DNA of 64,000 nucleotides from contig VJWM01000272.1 in the NCBI GenBank assembly GCA_010909165.1, positions 88,094 through 152,093 of the forward strand. The letters are read 5' to 3'. Made by a program: the position numbers and the translations under genes. The notes beneath the pieces are model-generated. The model was given only the letters and a program-made list of their open reading frames with translations. It had not been told where the DNA came from and did not search any database. Within the stretch, counting starts at the first letter, position 1; each line of letters opens with the position of its first letter. Positions 1 to 10,795 of this stretch are shown here, piece by piece. This DNA comes from Anthoceros angustus (lineage: Eukaryota > Plantae > Anthocerotophyta).

Positions 1-2223
1 AGAGAGCAATGCCTGCGAACTGTGAAAGCTGTCCATTCCGATGTTGTGAAGGGTAAGTGCAAGTCGGACGTGTTTGTGGCCAACATGCTTGTGGATGCAT
101 ACTCAAAAGTGTGGAAGTGTAGAAGATGCTAGACACGTGTTTGATAACATGCCTGTCCGTAGTGTGGTTTCTTGGACTGCCATGATTTTGGGGTACGCCC
201 ATATGCACAAGGGTGAGGAGGCTTTGAAGTTGTACATGGAGATGCGACGAGCAGGTGTTGTTCCCAACGAGAGAACATATGTGGGTGCGCTTAAGGCCTG
301 CAGTACCATGGCAGAGTTGGGAGCTGATGGCGTATCTCCCAAACGCCAGTTTCTGGAACCTCTTGTGAGAGCCATCCACCAAGATGTCAAGAAGGCGAGG
401 TTGGAGCCAAATGTGTTTGTGGGGAACATGCTGGTGGATGCTTATGCAAAATGCGGAGCCTGGAGACTGCCAGGCAGGTGTTTGAGGACATGTCTTACCG
501 CAATGTAGTGGTATGGAATACGATGATCTTTGGTTACTCCCAGCAAGCGGGGAAGGGTGAAGAAGCTCTGCTGCTCTACAAACAGATGCAACAAGGTGGT
601 GTGGTAGCTGATTCCCGAACATATGTCGGTGCGCTTCAGGCTTGCGGTGCCATTGCAGAACAGGAGAGAAACGAGGGTGACGGAGTTCGTGTCACAAAAC
701 AGTGCCTGGAAACCGTGACAACCATCCACAGACATGTCTTGAAGAGGAAGTTGGAGTCCGATGTATTTGTAGCAACCATGCTGGTGGACGTGTATGCCAA
801 ATGTGGAAGCCTGGAGAAGGCCAGGAAGTTGTTCGAAAACATGCCTCACCGTGATGCGGTTTCATGGAATGCCATGATCTTGGGATATGCTCAGATGCAG
901 GAGCCTCAAGAGGCCTTGAACCTGTACGAGTTGATGAGACAGGAATCCGTGGTTCCTGACGACCGCACTTATGTTGCTGTTCTGAAGGCTTGCTGCACCC
1001 TTGCCCAACAAGTAGGGGACAGAAAATGCATTGCCTGCAGACAGTGGCACGCATCCATGGCGATGTGGGCAAAGGACGGTTTGATTCCAACGTGTTTGTC
1101 GCAAACATGCTCGTAAATGCGTATGCAAAATGTGGGAACCTGGAGAAGGCCCGGCTGGTGTTTGACAAGATCCCTCATCGTGATGTGGTGGCTTGGACTG
1201 CCATGGTTTTAGGGTACGCCCAGATGGACAAGGGTGAAGAAGCTTTGCACCTGTACTCGCAGATGCAACAGGAAGGTGTCCTGCCAAACGAGCGCACATT
1301 CGTGGCTGCCCTGACAGCCTGCAGCAGCGTGGCTGGACTGGAGAAGGGAAGCAAATCCACGCTCAGATCCGCGAAGCCGGTGTGGATCTCTGCGCCTCCT
1401 CCCATGTGGCCAACAGTCTGATCGACATGTATGGCAAGTGCTCCAGCATGGTGGATGCGCGGAAGGTGTTCGACGCCATTGCCACTAACGACATCGTCGC
1501 ATGGAACGCGTTGCTGTTAGGGTACGCGAAGCAAGGGCAGAGCGAGGCTGTGTTCCAATTGTTGGAGAGGATGAAGCAGGAGGAATCCATCCCAACGACA
1601 TCACCTTCCTCGGCGTGCTCATGGTATGCAGTCATGTCGGCCTGATGGACACCGGCCAGAAGTTCTTGGATGCCATGAGCAGAGATTACGGCATAGATCC
1701 CTCGATCCAGCACCTCAACTGCATGGTGGATCTCCTCGGCCGCGCAGGCCGCATCCACCAAGCCATGGCCATGGTCCGCAGCATGCCCTTCCCGGCTGAC
1801 ATGTCCGTGTGGCGGAGCATCCTCAGCGCCTGCCAGAAGTGGCGAGCCGTGGAGCTCGGAAGGCGGGCCTTCGAATGCGCTGTTCGGCTGGATGCACGAG
1901 ACGCTGCGCCGTACGTCTTCATGGCCAACATCTATCTTGCTGCCGGCATGCCGGCCATGGCGGATAAGGTTCAGGCACGGCGTGCGATGGCGCAGGCGTG
2001 GAAGGAGCCGGGGCGCAGCTGGTGGATGGACGGGACCGGGAAGGTGCATGTTTTTCTGGTGGCGGATGCTGGACATCCCGAGAGCGAGGGCATTTACGCC
2101 AAATTAGACGACATTGTTGCCTCTCTTCGCCGAAACCTGATTTCGTGTAGAGACTTTTCCCTTCAGTGCTTCTCCGTTCGTGACGAAATGAGGTCACGGA
2201 AGGAGAAGCATCAAACGGCATAG
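1..2223 (+). CDS. PLS-class pentatricopeptide repeat protein, E/E+ subgroup (organellar RNA editing/processing factor-like); 5' end outside the window; four frameshifts in this sequence
   Basis: Overlapping ORFs 74-508, 451-1116, 990-1421, 1382-1645 and 1501-2223 carry repeated PLS motifs (DVFVANMLVDAYAKCGSLEDAR.VF..M..RDVVSWTAMILGYA, ERTYVGALKAC). They are followed by E1/E2 (HLNCMVDLLGRAG, VWRSILSAC, APYVFMANIY) and E+ (KEPGRSW...HPESEGIYAKL). No DYW domain. Frameshifts near 456, 1027, 1346 and 1583. Confidence 0.9.
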
Positions 2224-2296
2224 TTTCTTGCCCGCCTCCTTCGAGTTCTTCTTTTCGTCCTCTTTGGCTGTCGGAGCTTTCGTCGAGGTGCTGGCT

Positions 2297-3283
2297 ATGG
2301 CGGCGGAGGAAGGGAAGGCGCGGCCGGGGGTGCTGCTGGCGGTGCGGGTGAGCGAGTACCTGGAGAAGGCGCTGGAGAGCAGGTACGCGCTGCACCGGCT
2401 GTACGCGGCGCCATTGAGGGAGGCGGAGCGGGCGGAGTGGCTTGGCGCCATCGCTCCGGCGGTGCGCGCGGTGGTCGGCAGCGCGGCGGGCGCGGCCTCT
2501 GCAGAGCTCATCGCGCAGCTGCCGGCGCTGGAGCTGGTGGCGTGCAACAGCGTGGGAACGGACAAGGTGCATCTTCCGAGCTGCAAGGAGCGGGGGATCG
2601 CGGTGAGCAACACGCCGGACGTGCTCACAGACGACTGCGCGGATTTGGCTTTGGCTCTGATGCTGACTTCCTCCCGCCGCCTGGTGGCCGCGGACGGCTA
2701 CCTGCGGCAGGGGCTGTGGGAGGCGCAGGGGGACTTCCCGCTGGCGACCAAGGTGTCAGGGAAGCGGGTAGGGATCGTGGGGCTGGGCCGCATCGGGTTG
2801 GCTGTGGCCTCCCGGGCGCGCGCCTTCGGGTGCGCCATCTCTTACCACGGCCGGGGCCGAAAACAGGAGGCGGACTCGCAGGGTTTCCGCTTCTTTGACA
2901 GCGCGGAGGGCCTGGCGCGGGAGTCGGACTTCCTCGTCCTCTGCTGCCCGCTCACCAGGGACACCGCGGGGCTGGTGGACAGGAAGGTGCTTGACGCGCT
3001 TGGCCCCAAAGGCACGCTCATCAACATCGCGCGTGGTCCCGTGGTGGACGAGCCGGAGCTGGTGCTGGCCCTGCTGGAGGGCCGCCTCGGCGCCGCGGGC
3101 TTGGATGTCTACCAGGACGAGCCCCGCGTGCCGAAGGCGCTGTGCGGGTTGGACAATGTTGTGCTGCTCCCGCATGTGGCCAGCGCGACTGTGGAGACTC
3201 GCACAGCCATGGCTGACCTCGTGTTGGAGAACTTGGCCGCGCATTTCGCAGGGAAACCGCTCATTACACCTCTCGATTTCTAG
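2297..3283 (+). CDS. HPR2: D-isomer-specific 2-hydroxyacid dehydrogenase, hydroxyphenylpyruvate/glyoxylate-hydroxypyruvate reductase (HPPR/HPR2-like), 328 aa, intronless
   Basis: Intact ORF from the ATG at 2297. Contains VSNTPDVLTDDCADLA, the Rossmann motif GIVGLGRIG, catalytic INIARG, DVYQDEP and PHVASAT, and the typical C-terminus NLAAHFAGKPL. Confidence 0.92.
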   Translation: MAAEEGKARPGVLLAVRVSEYLEKALESRYALHRLYAAPLREAERAEWLGAIAPAVRAVVGSAAGAASAELIAQLPALELVACNSVGTDKVHLPSCKERGIAVSNTPDVLTDDCADLALALMLTSSRRLVAADGYLRQGLWEAQGDFPLATKVSGKRVGIVGLGRIGLAVASRARAFGCAISYHGRGRKQEADSQGFRFFDSAEGLARESDFLVLCCPLTRDTAGLVDRKVLDALGPKGTLINIARGPVVDEPELVLALLEGRLGAAGLDVYQDEPRVPKALCGLDNVVLLPHVASATVETRTAMADLVLENLAAHFAGKPLITPLDF

Positions 3284-3356
3284 GTCATTCCAGTAGAGTT
3301 ACATCGGTGGCATACGTTCCTATGAAGACGCACATCTGAGGAATGCTAGGATTGTA

Positions 3357-3790
3357 CTATATGGAAACACTGTTCGGCACACCTCTCCCTGTCACGCCAG
3401 GCACCACCACTTGCTTGCCGTTCTTCTCCACGAACTCCGTCCGCGGGTGCAGCAGGAGGTAGGGGATGACGGCTGCGCCGGTCCTCAGCTTCAGATCCGG
3501 GTTCCTGTTCCTGCGATCTATTTCCGCTCCGACGGCCTGGATGGCGGAGGAGAATCTGTCCATGGCTGCCAGGGCGCGCTCGTCTTCCGTCCAGTGCGCA
3601 GGCCGCTCGCCGATGAATTCCTCGTCTCTAGAATGGGTCGACAGCAGCTGCACTGTGGACATCAACTTGGTCGCCTGCACCTGGTTGGGGAGGGTTGCCA
3701 GGAAAAACGTCTCCGGTCTGGCCAGGAAGGCTTCGTATTCTGGAGAGTTCTCTTCGGGAATGAGTATGTTTCAGGCACAATCATGTGCGC
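3357..3790 (-). pseudogene. LOX: Lipoxygenase C-terminal fragment (last ~140 codons); upstream exons not seen in the window
   Basis: Minus-strand translation IPEENSPEY...LLSTHSRDEEFIGER...IDRRNRNPDLKLRTGAAVIPYLLLHP...GVTGRGVPNSVSI*. This matches the plant LOX C-terminus, including the terminal Ile iron ligand. Confidence 0.9.
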
Positions 3791-4640
3791 GCCGCGAAGT
3801 TAACCCCTGGCTTGGCTAACCACAGGTTAACTAACTGCGGGTTGAAGGTTAAGTGTAGGTTTCCGTTATAGCCCTTATTTCAAGCCGTACGTTCGGTAAT
3901 TAACATTGGCGACTACTATAACGGGTTAAACCTGCCACCATAATCATCTATGGATATTTTAAGGTTCAAATGAAGGTGGACAACTGCGGAATACGAAGCT
4001 CTCCTTCCTCTCAGAGTTGCCTGACATTCGCTGCAAAGTTTGAAGAGCTAGCGAAATGCACAACGCTTCTCCACCCTATTCTTGCGGTCGCATGCCCTGT
4101 GGCGATTGGAAGGTTAAGTGTAGGTTTCCGTTATAGCCCTTATTTCAAGCCGTACGTTCGGTAATTAACATTGGCGACTGCTATAACGGGTTAAACCTGC
4201 CACCATAATCATCTATGGATATTTTAAGGTTCAAACGAAGGTGGACAAATGCGAATCTGAAGCTCTTCCTCTCGAGTTGCGACATTCGCTCGAAGTTTGA
4301 AGAGCTAGCGAAATGCACAACTTCTCCACCCTATTCTTGCGGTCGCATGCGGGCGATTGGAAGGCCATAGCGGCGCGATGGGCGGTCTGGACAATGTATC
4401 ACGCATAGATGGTTTGCGGTGCGCCGCCTTGTCAGATCAAGGCTGCCGAAGGTGGAGAAGGTGACAATCATGGACACCACTCCGAGCATGGAAGGCATCA
4501 AGGTCTCATGTCGATACAACTCCGATGGAGAAGGGATAGAATGTAGGCCAAGGATTCGAGACCACGCCAATCCGGATTAGGAATCCAACATTGGTGAAGA
4601 TGGAACGCGATGCGAAATTGTTTCTTCATCGATCCATGGA

Positions 4641-4980
4641 GGAGGTGGGGATGACAGCTGCGCCGGTCCTCAGCTTCAGGTCCGGGTTCCTGTTCCTGCG
4701 ATCTATTTCCGCTCCGACGGCCTGGATGGCGGAGGAGAATCTGTCCAAGGCTGCCAGGGCGCGCTCGTCTTCCGTCCAGTGCGCAGGCCGCTCGCCGATG
4801 AATTCCTCGTCTCTAGAATGGGTCGACAGCAGCTGCACTGTGGACATCAACTTGGTCGCCTGCACCTGGTTGGGGAGGGTTGCCAGGAAAAACGTCTCCG
4901 GTCTGGCCAGGAAGGCTTCGTATTCTGGAGAGTTCTCTTCGGGAATGAGTATGTTTCAGGCACAATCATGTGCGCCGCGA
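4641..4980 (-). pseudogene. LOX: Second lipoxygenase fragment copy, truncated at AAVIP
   Basis: Near-identical to 3455-3795; ORF 4626-4865. Confidence 0.85.
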
Positions 4981-5806
4981 AGTTAACCCCTGGCGGCTAA
5001 CCGCAGGTTAACTAACTGCGGGTTGAAGTGTAGGTTTCCGTTATAGCCCTTATTTCAAGCCGTACGTCTGGTAATTAACATTGGCGACTGCTATAACGGG
5101 TTAAACCTGCCACCATAATCATCTATGGATATTTTAAGGTTCAAACGAAGGTGGACAAAATACGAAGCTCTCCTTCCTCTCGAGTTGCGACATTCGCAAA
5201 GTTTGAAGAGCTAGCGAAATGCAACGCTTCTCCACCCTATTCTTGCGGTCGCATGCCCTGTGGCGATTGGAAGGTTAAGTGTAGGTTTCCGTTATAGCCC
5301 TTATTTCAAGCCGTACGTTCGGTAATTAACATTGGCGACTGCTATAACGGGTTAAACCTGCCACCATAATCATCTATGGATATTTTAAGGTTCAAACGAA
5401 GGTGGACAAATGCGAATCTGAAGCTCTTCCTCTCGAGTTGCGACATTCGCTCGAAGTTTGAAGAGCTAGCGAAATGCACAACTTCTCCACCCTATTCTTG
5501 CGGTCGCATGCGGGCGATTGGAAGGCCATAGCGGCGCGATGGATGGTCCGTGGACAATGTATCACGCATAGATGGTTTGCGGTGCGCCGCCTTGTCAGAT
5601 CAAGGCTGCCGAAGGTGGAGAAGGTGACAATCATGGACACCACTCCGAGCATGGAAGGCATCGGAAGGTCTCATGTCGATACAACTCCGATGGAGAAGGG
5701 ATAGAATGTAGGCCAAGGATTCTCGAGACCACGCCAATCCGGATTAGAATCCAACATTGGTCAAGATGGAACGCGATGCGAAATTGTTTCTTCATCGATC
5801 CATGGA

Positions 5807-6150
5807 GGAGGTGGGGATGACAGCTGCGCCGGTCCTCAGCTTCAGGTCCGGGTTCCTGTTCCTGCGATCTATTTCCGCTCCGACGGCCTGGATGGCGGAG
5901 GAGAATCTGTCCATGGCTGCCAGGGCGCGCTCGTCTTCCGTCCAGTGCGCAGGCCGCTCGCCGATGAATTCCTCGTCTCTAGAATGGGTCGACAGCAGCT
6001 GCACTGTGGACATCAACTTGGTCGCCTGCACCTGGTTGGGGAGGGTTGCCAGGAAAAACGTCTCCGGTCTGGCCAGGAAGGCTTCGTATTCTGGAGAGTT
6101 CTCTTCGGGAATGAGTATGTTTCCAGGGCACAATCATGTGCGCGCCGCGA
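5807..6150 (-). pseudogene. LOX: Third lipoxygenase fragment copy, truncated at AAVIP
   Basis: Near-identical to 3455-3795; ORF 5792-6133. Confidence 0.85.
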
Positions 6151-6329
6151 AGTTAACCCCTGGCTTGGCTAACCGCAGGTTAACTAACTGCGGGTTGAAG
6201 GTTAAGTGTAGGTTTCCGTTATAGCCCTTATTTCAAGCCGTACGTTCGGTAATTAACATTGGCGACTGCTATAACGGGTTAAACCTGCCACCATAATCAT
6301 CTATGGATATTTTAAGGTTCAAACGAAGG

Positions 6330-8640
6330 TGGACAAATGCAGAATACGAAGCTCTCCTTCCTCTCAGAGTTGCCTGACATTCGCTGCGAAGTTTGAAGAG
6401 CTAGCGAAATGCAGAACGCTTCTCCACCCTATTCTTGCGGTCGCATGCCCCAGGGGCGATTGGAAGGCCATAGCGGCGATGGATGGGCGGTCTGGACAAT
6501 GTATCACGCATAGATGGTTTGCAGGTAGCTGCCTTGCCTTCGTATTCTGCGTCGTCGCGGAAGGTGGAGAAGGTGACAATCATGGACACCACTCCAGAGC
6601 ATGGAAGGCATCGGAAGGTCTCAATCGATACAACTCCGATGGAGAAGGGATAGAATGTAGGCCAAGGATTACGACCACGCCAATCCGGATTAGGAATCCA
6701 ACATTGGTGAAGATGGAGCGGCAGTGAGTTTCTTCATCGCTCCATGGAGGTCGGGAATGATGGGACCGAATTTTGCGGGAATGAGGATGCGGGCACGAAC
6801 ACCAGCGGTGGCATCCGAGCCATTCACGTAAACGCCGAGTCAACATTGCGGTGAAGCATAGACATTATCCAAGCCGAGATTGAAGAGGACCATGAAGTCA
6901 GCATTGAAGAAATACATAACGCATGGTCTTCGCATTGTCAGCGCAGTTGTTTGTCGCAATTGGGAAAGAAGAATATAGAGAGCCTCGATATCGCTTCTTG
7001 GGATTGCCTCGAACAAGCAGGAAATATATTTGCAAGGATTGCTCGAGGTAGAACAAGCAACCTCCGGTCGCAATGTTCTCAATTTTCTCCGAGAGAAGTT
7101 GCAATGTTGTGTACAAGTTTCGAAAAGTGTTCGCATTGGATGGCGAAGGTATGAACATTTGAAACAGAGAGTACTAACGAACACACCATGGTCATCGAAT
7201 TGAAGTTCCAAGGACGCCAATCAAGATCATGTTCGGAATGCATTGCTTGGATGGAAAAGTTTTCAAGCTAACGCATGCCCAATGTTTGATTTTCAACTTG
7301 CGATTCATATACCAAAGGAGAGATATTCCGTGACTACAAACGGAGGTTTCAAGAGTCGGTTTGACCAACGCCTCTCATTCTCACTGCCTTATGGAAGAAA
7401 CATTTTCCAAAAGTGAAGATACCAAAGTGTAGTTTTCAAAATGCGTCCAATGCGAACGTTGAAGACAAATGCATACGAAGCTCTCCTTCCTCTCAGAGTT
7501 GCCTGACATTCGCTGCGAAGTTTGAAGAGCTAGCGAAATGCACAACGCTTCTCCACCCTATTCTTGCGGTCGCATGTCCCAGGGGCGATTGGAAGGCCAT
7601 AAGCGAGCGCGATGGACAGGGTCTGTGGACAATGTATCACGCATAGATGGTTTGCAGGTAGCTGCCTTGCCTTCGTATTCTGCGTCGTCGCGGAAGGTGG
7701 AGAAGGTGACAATCATGGACACCACTCCAGAGCACGGAAGGCATCATAAGGTCTCTGTAATCAATACAACTCCCGATGGAGAAGGGATAGAATGTAGGCC
7801 AAGGATTCTGGAGACCACGCCAATCCCCGGGATTAGGAATCCAAGATTGGCTGAAGATGGAACGCGACAGCGGAAATTGTTTCTTCATCGATCCATGGAG
7901 GAGGTCGGGAATGATGGGACCGAATTTTGCAGGAATGAGGATGCGGGCACAGAACACCACGGCAGTGGCATCCAGGCCGAGCCATTCACAGAAACGTCGA
8001 GTCAACATTGCACGGTGAAGCGTAGACATTATCCAAGCCGGAGATTGAAGAGGACCATGAAGATGTGCAGCATTGAAGAGATACATAACGCATGGTCTGC
8101 GCATTGCTGTAGCGCAGGTTGTTTGCTGCAATTGGGAAAGAAGAATATAGAGAGCCTCAGATATCGCTTCTTGGGATTGCCTCGAGAACAGCAGGAAATA
8201 TATTTGCAAGGATTGCTCGAGGTAGAACAAGCAACCTCCGGTCGCAATGTTCTCAATTTTCTCCGAGAGAAGTTGCAATGTTGTGTACAAGTTTCGAAAA
8301 GTGTTCGCATTGGATGGCGAAGGTATGAACATTTGAAACAGAGAGTACTAACGAACACACCATGGTCATCGGAATTGAAGTTCCAAGGACGCCCAATCAA
8401 GATCATGTTCGGAATGCATTGCTTGGATGGAAAAGTTTTCAAGCTAACGCATGCCCAATGTTTGATTTTCAACTTGCGATTCATATACCAAAGGAGAGAT
8501 ATTCCGTGACTACAAACGGGAGGTTTCAAGAGTCGGTTTGACCAACGCCTCTCATTCTCACTGCCTTATGGAAGAAACATTTTCCAAAAGTGAAGATACC
8601 AAAGTGTAGTTTTCAAAATCGTCCAATGCGAACGTTGAAG
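6330..8640. repeat. Tandem duplication of a ~1.15 kb unit including the N-terminal part of the Sola-like transposase
   Basis: 6330-7465 is repeated at 7465-8640. The first copy breaks after KIPKCS...(7413-7460) and returns to ACAAATGCA...TACGAAGCTCTCC. Confidence 0.85.
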
Positions 8641-10256
8641 ACTGCATCGAGATGACCAGAACCGACAAGAACAAGGTATTTCATATCGAGTTCCTTTTGA
8701 CTTCCATGGAATCATGAGCACTCCACCGCCTCTAGACTCGCCGCCCACTGCCGGGTGCGCTTGTGCGCGACCCGCGTAGAATCGCACGCGCGCCGATCAC
8801 ACAGGATGCACCAAATCACCGCAAACCGGGCACAGATTGCGCGCCCCACGCAGCGGAGGCCGCAGACGGCGTGGCGCCAAGACCAGGCTGGGTCTTGGTG
8901 CGTGCAAGGCGCGCAAGACGCTCACAAGACCGTGTCAGCCCGGCGCAAGATATGGGCTCGGGTCCATGCACGCGCGGTACCAAGGACAAACTTCGACCAT
9001 GTGATCCATTTCATCGTGATGAGGTCCATGAGCAGCACCTCCGTGAACATCGGTCGGCGATCAAGCAGGAGCGACTAAAACTTGCAAAACATCGCTTGAA
9101 GTGTAAAGGCCAACCGAGCAAATACATTGGAATGGCGATAGGCAGGATGGACCAAAGCAAGACGAGCTCCACATTTTCCCCGCCTCCAAAGGATTTTGCG
9201 ATGGTCTCATTCCGGTCCATGTTGTGGGTTGTTTGGTATACAACAACATTATGAAGACCGGTGTTTGTGAACTTCCCGAATATTCGGAACGACGCCAACT
9301 TAACTATTCATATCATCCAGGATGTTATTCTCACCTATGAGACGGTTCTGCCGAAGACGTTTTACTTGCAACTGGACAACACGGCCAGAGAAAACAAGAA
9401 TATGTTGTTGTTTGCATACTTAAGTATGCTTGTCGAGAAGCGGGTCTTCGATAAGGTGAAGGTGGGCTTTCTTCTTGTCGGGCACACGCATGATGCAGTT
9501 GATCAAATGTTCTCATGCTTTTCTAAAAGTCTCAGGCACAAAAAAGCAATGTCACTCGAAACCCTTATGAGTTTGATTCATCAGGCTTATACACCCAATC
9601 CGGAAGTGAAAATGGTTTCCGAGGTGGCCGATTTCAGGAGCTTTGTCTGGCCCAATGGGATGGGTAAAAGAGGGACACGAGATGCAGCGGTAAGAAATTT
9701 GCACAATCATAGTTATCAGCATCAATTCAAAATTTCAAGGGAAGAAAGAGCTGGCGGCGCCACTGTAACAGTTCTTCGTGGCAAGGCACTTTCTACTTGT
9801 TCGCATTGGGAACCGTTGGAGGGTTTGGAGTTCCTTCGGAGAATACCTGAAATAGATATAAGGGGAGCGCCTTTATGTCCACTTCAACTGCATGGGAAAC
9901 CCGCGGACGCCGACCCGCATAAATCATTGGCAGCCATTAGGAAAGCCCTCGAAGGACCGATGCAAAAATATCTATCTCTGGAAGACAAAGTATGATGGAA
10001 CTCATTCGGCATCACAATGTATGGCAAAATCGAGGAGGAGTCCATCGAGATCTTCAAAAGCATGGGAGTGGTACAACAGGACGAGGCCGAGCGGAACTTA
10101 AATCCCATTGACGCTCCAGATGTCTTTGTCATTCGCCCCCCGCGAACCTCGAAACTGGCCACATGTATGTCGGGAATTTTAGGCCACCGGGAGCCGCAGC
10201 CCATCGAGTTGGCGAGATTCGATGGGGATGTGTCCGAGATCGACGAGGCCATATGA
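7895..10256 (+). mobile_element. Sola-like DDD transposase (pseudogene or frameshifted consensus), family 1
   Basis: N-terminal CCSAGCL...EQQEIYLQGLL, then FPKVKIPKCS..C..C, YIGMAI.RMDQSKT, and the catalytic-core motifs FYLQLDNTARENKN and FLLVGHTHDAVDQMFS (ORF 9261-9995). The DNx..xNKN / GHT..D pattern resembles Sola-type DDD transposases. The superfamily assignment is from recalled motifs, not from a database search. Confidence 0.65.
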
Positions 10257-10523
10257 TTGCAGTCCCATGTGAGATGATTTATCGTAACAGCCTTCTTGCG
10301 TGTAAGACTTGGATTTCTTATGTGACGAACCTTACCTAGTTGTCCAGGGTGACAGAATAGCAATGCGCTTGAGGGAAGGTACCTACCGAGGAGATATTGG
10401 CTCCACACAATGTTGATAGAGAGGGTTTATATAACGGAGGAAGCGACCCAAGCACCGGATCGATCGCTGATATCGGAGACATTTATTTTGGCATACTGGT
10501 TCTCGTTTGCAAGGGATAGCACT

Positions 10524-10551
10524 CCCTACTAGAAAAGGCAGCCTATGTTAC
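10524..10551 (+). repeat. Left terminal inverted repeat of the CACTA element
   Basis: 28-bp reverse complement of 29570-29596 (one A difference) and exact reverse complement of 46742-46769. Confidence 0.95.
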
Positions 10552-10795
10552 ACTTATGTTAAGATTTGGACCCCGGATGTAACACTTATGTTGCAATTTT
10601 GGGGTCATGTAACACTTTTGGGCGCTTGTTACACTTTGGCTTGGAAACCAAACCGAGTGTTTGTTGCAACCATGTTGCAAGTGTGTTGCAATTTTGTTGA
10701 GATGAAGTGAGAGGCGCTTTTGTCCTCTCTCAAGATTGCAACACGGTTGTAATATATAAAGTGTTACAAGAAAAGTCTTGTAACACTTTTGGAGG
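10543..10795. repeat. Subterminal short repeats (TGTTACA/TGTAACA, TGTTGCAA) in both orientations
   Basis: About ten or more copies of TGTWAC/GTTGCAA within 250 bp of the left TIR. Related motifs occur at 29330-29575 near the right TIR. Confidence 0.7.

Larger units (their letters stand above)
3455..6760. repeat. Tandem triplication of a ~1.17-1.19 kb unit (LOX fragment plus sequence upstream of the transposase), with internal sub-duplications
   Basis: Junction motif GGAGGT(A/G)GGGATGA at 3455, 4641 and 5807. The block GTGTAGGTTTCCGTTATAGCC...AAGGTTCAAA recurs near 3850, 4115, 5030, 5280 and 6205. Confidence 0.85.

Noticed and set aside
2228-2296. N-terminal extension of the reductase (ORF track start 2228)
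   Set aside because: It starts at a non-ATG codon 5 bp after the PPR stop. The ATG at 2297 gives the usual HPR2/HPPR length.
103-3244. Antisense and alternative-frame ORFs over the PPR and reductase genes
   Set aside because: Shadow ORFs of GC-rich coding sequence with no recognisable motifs.
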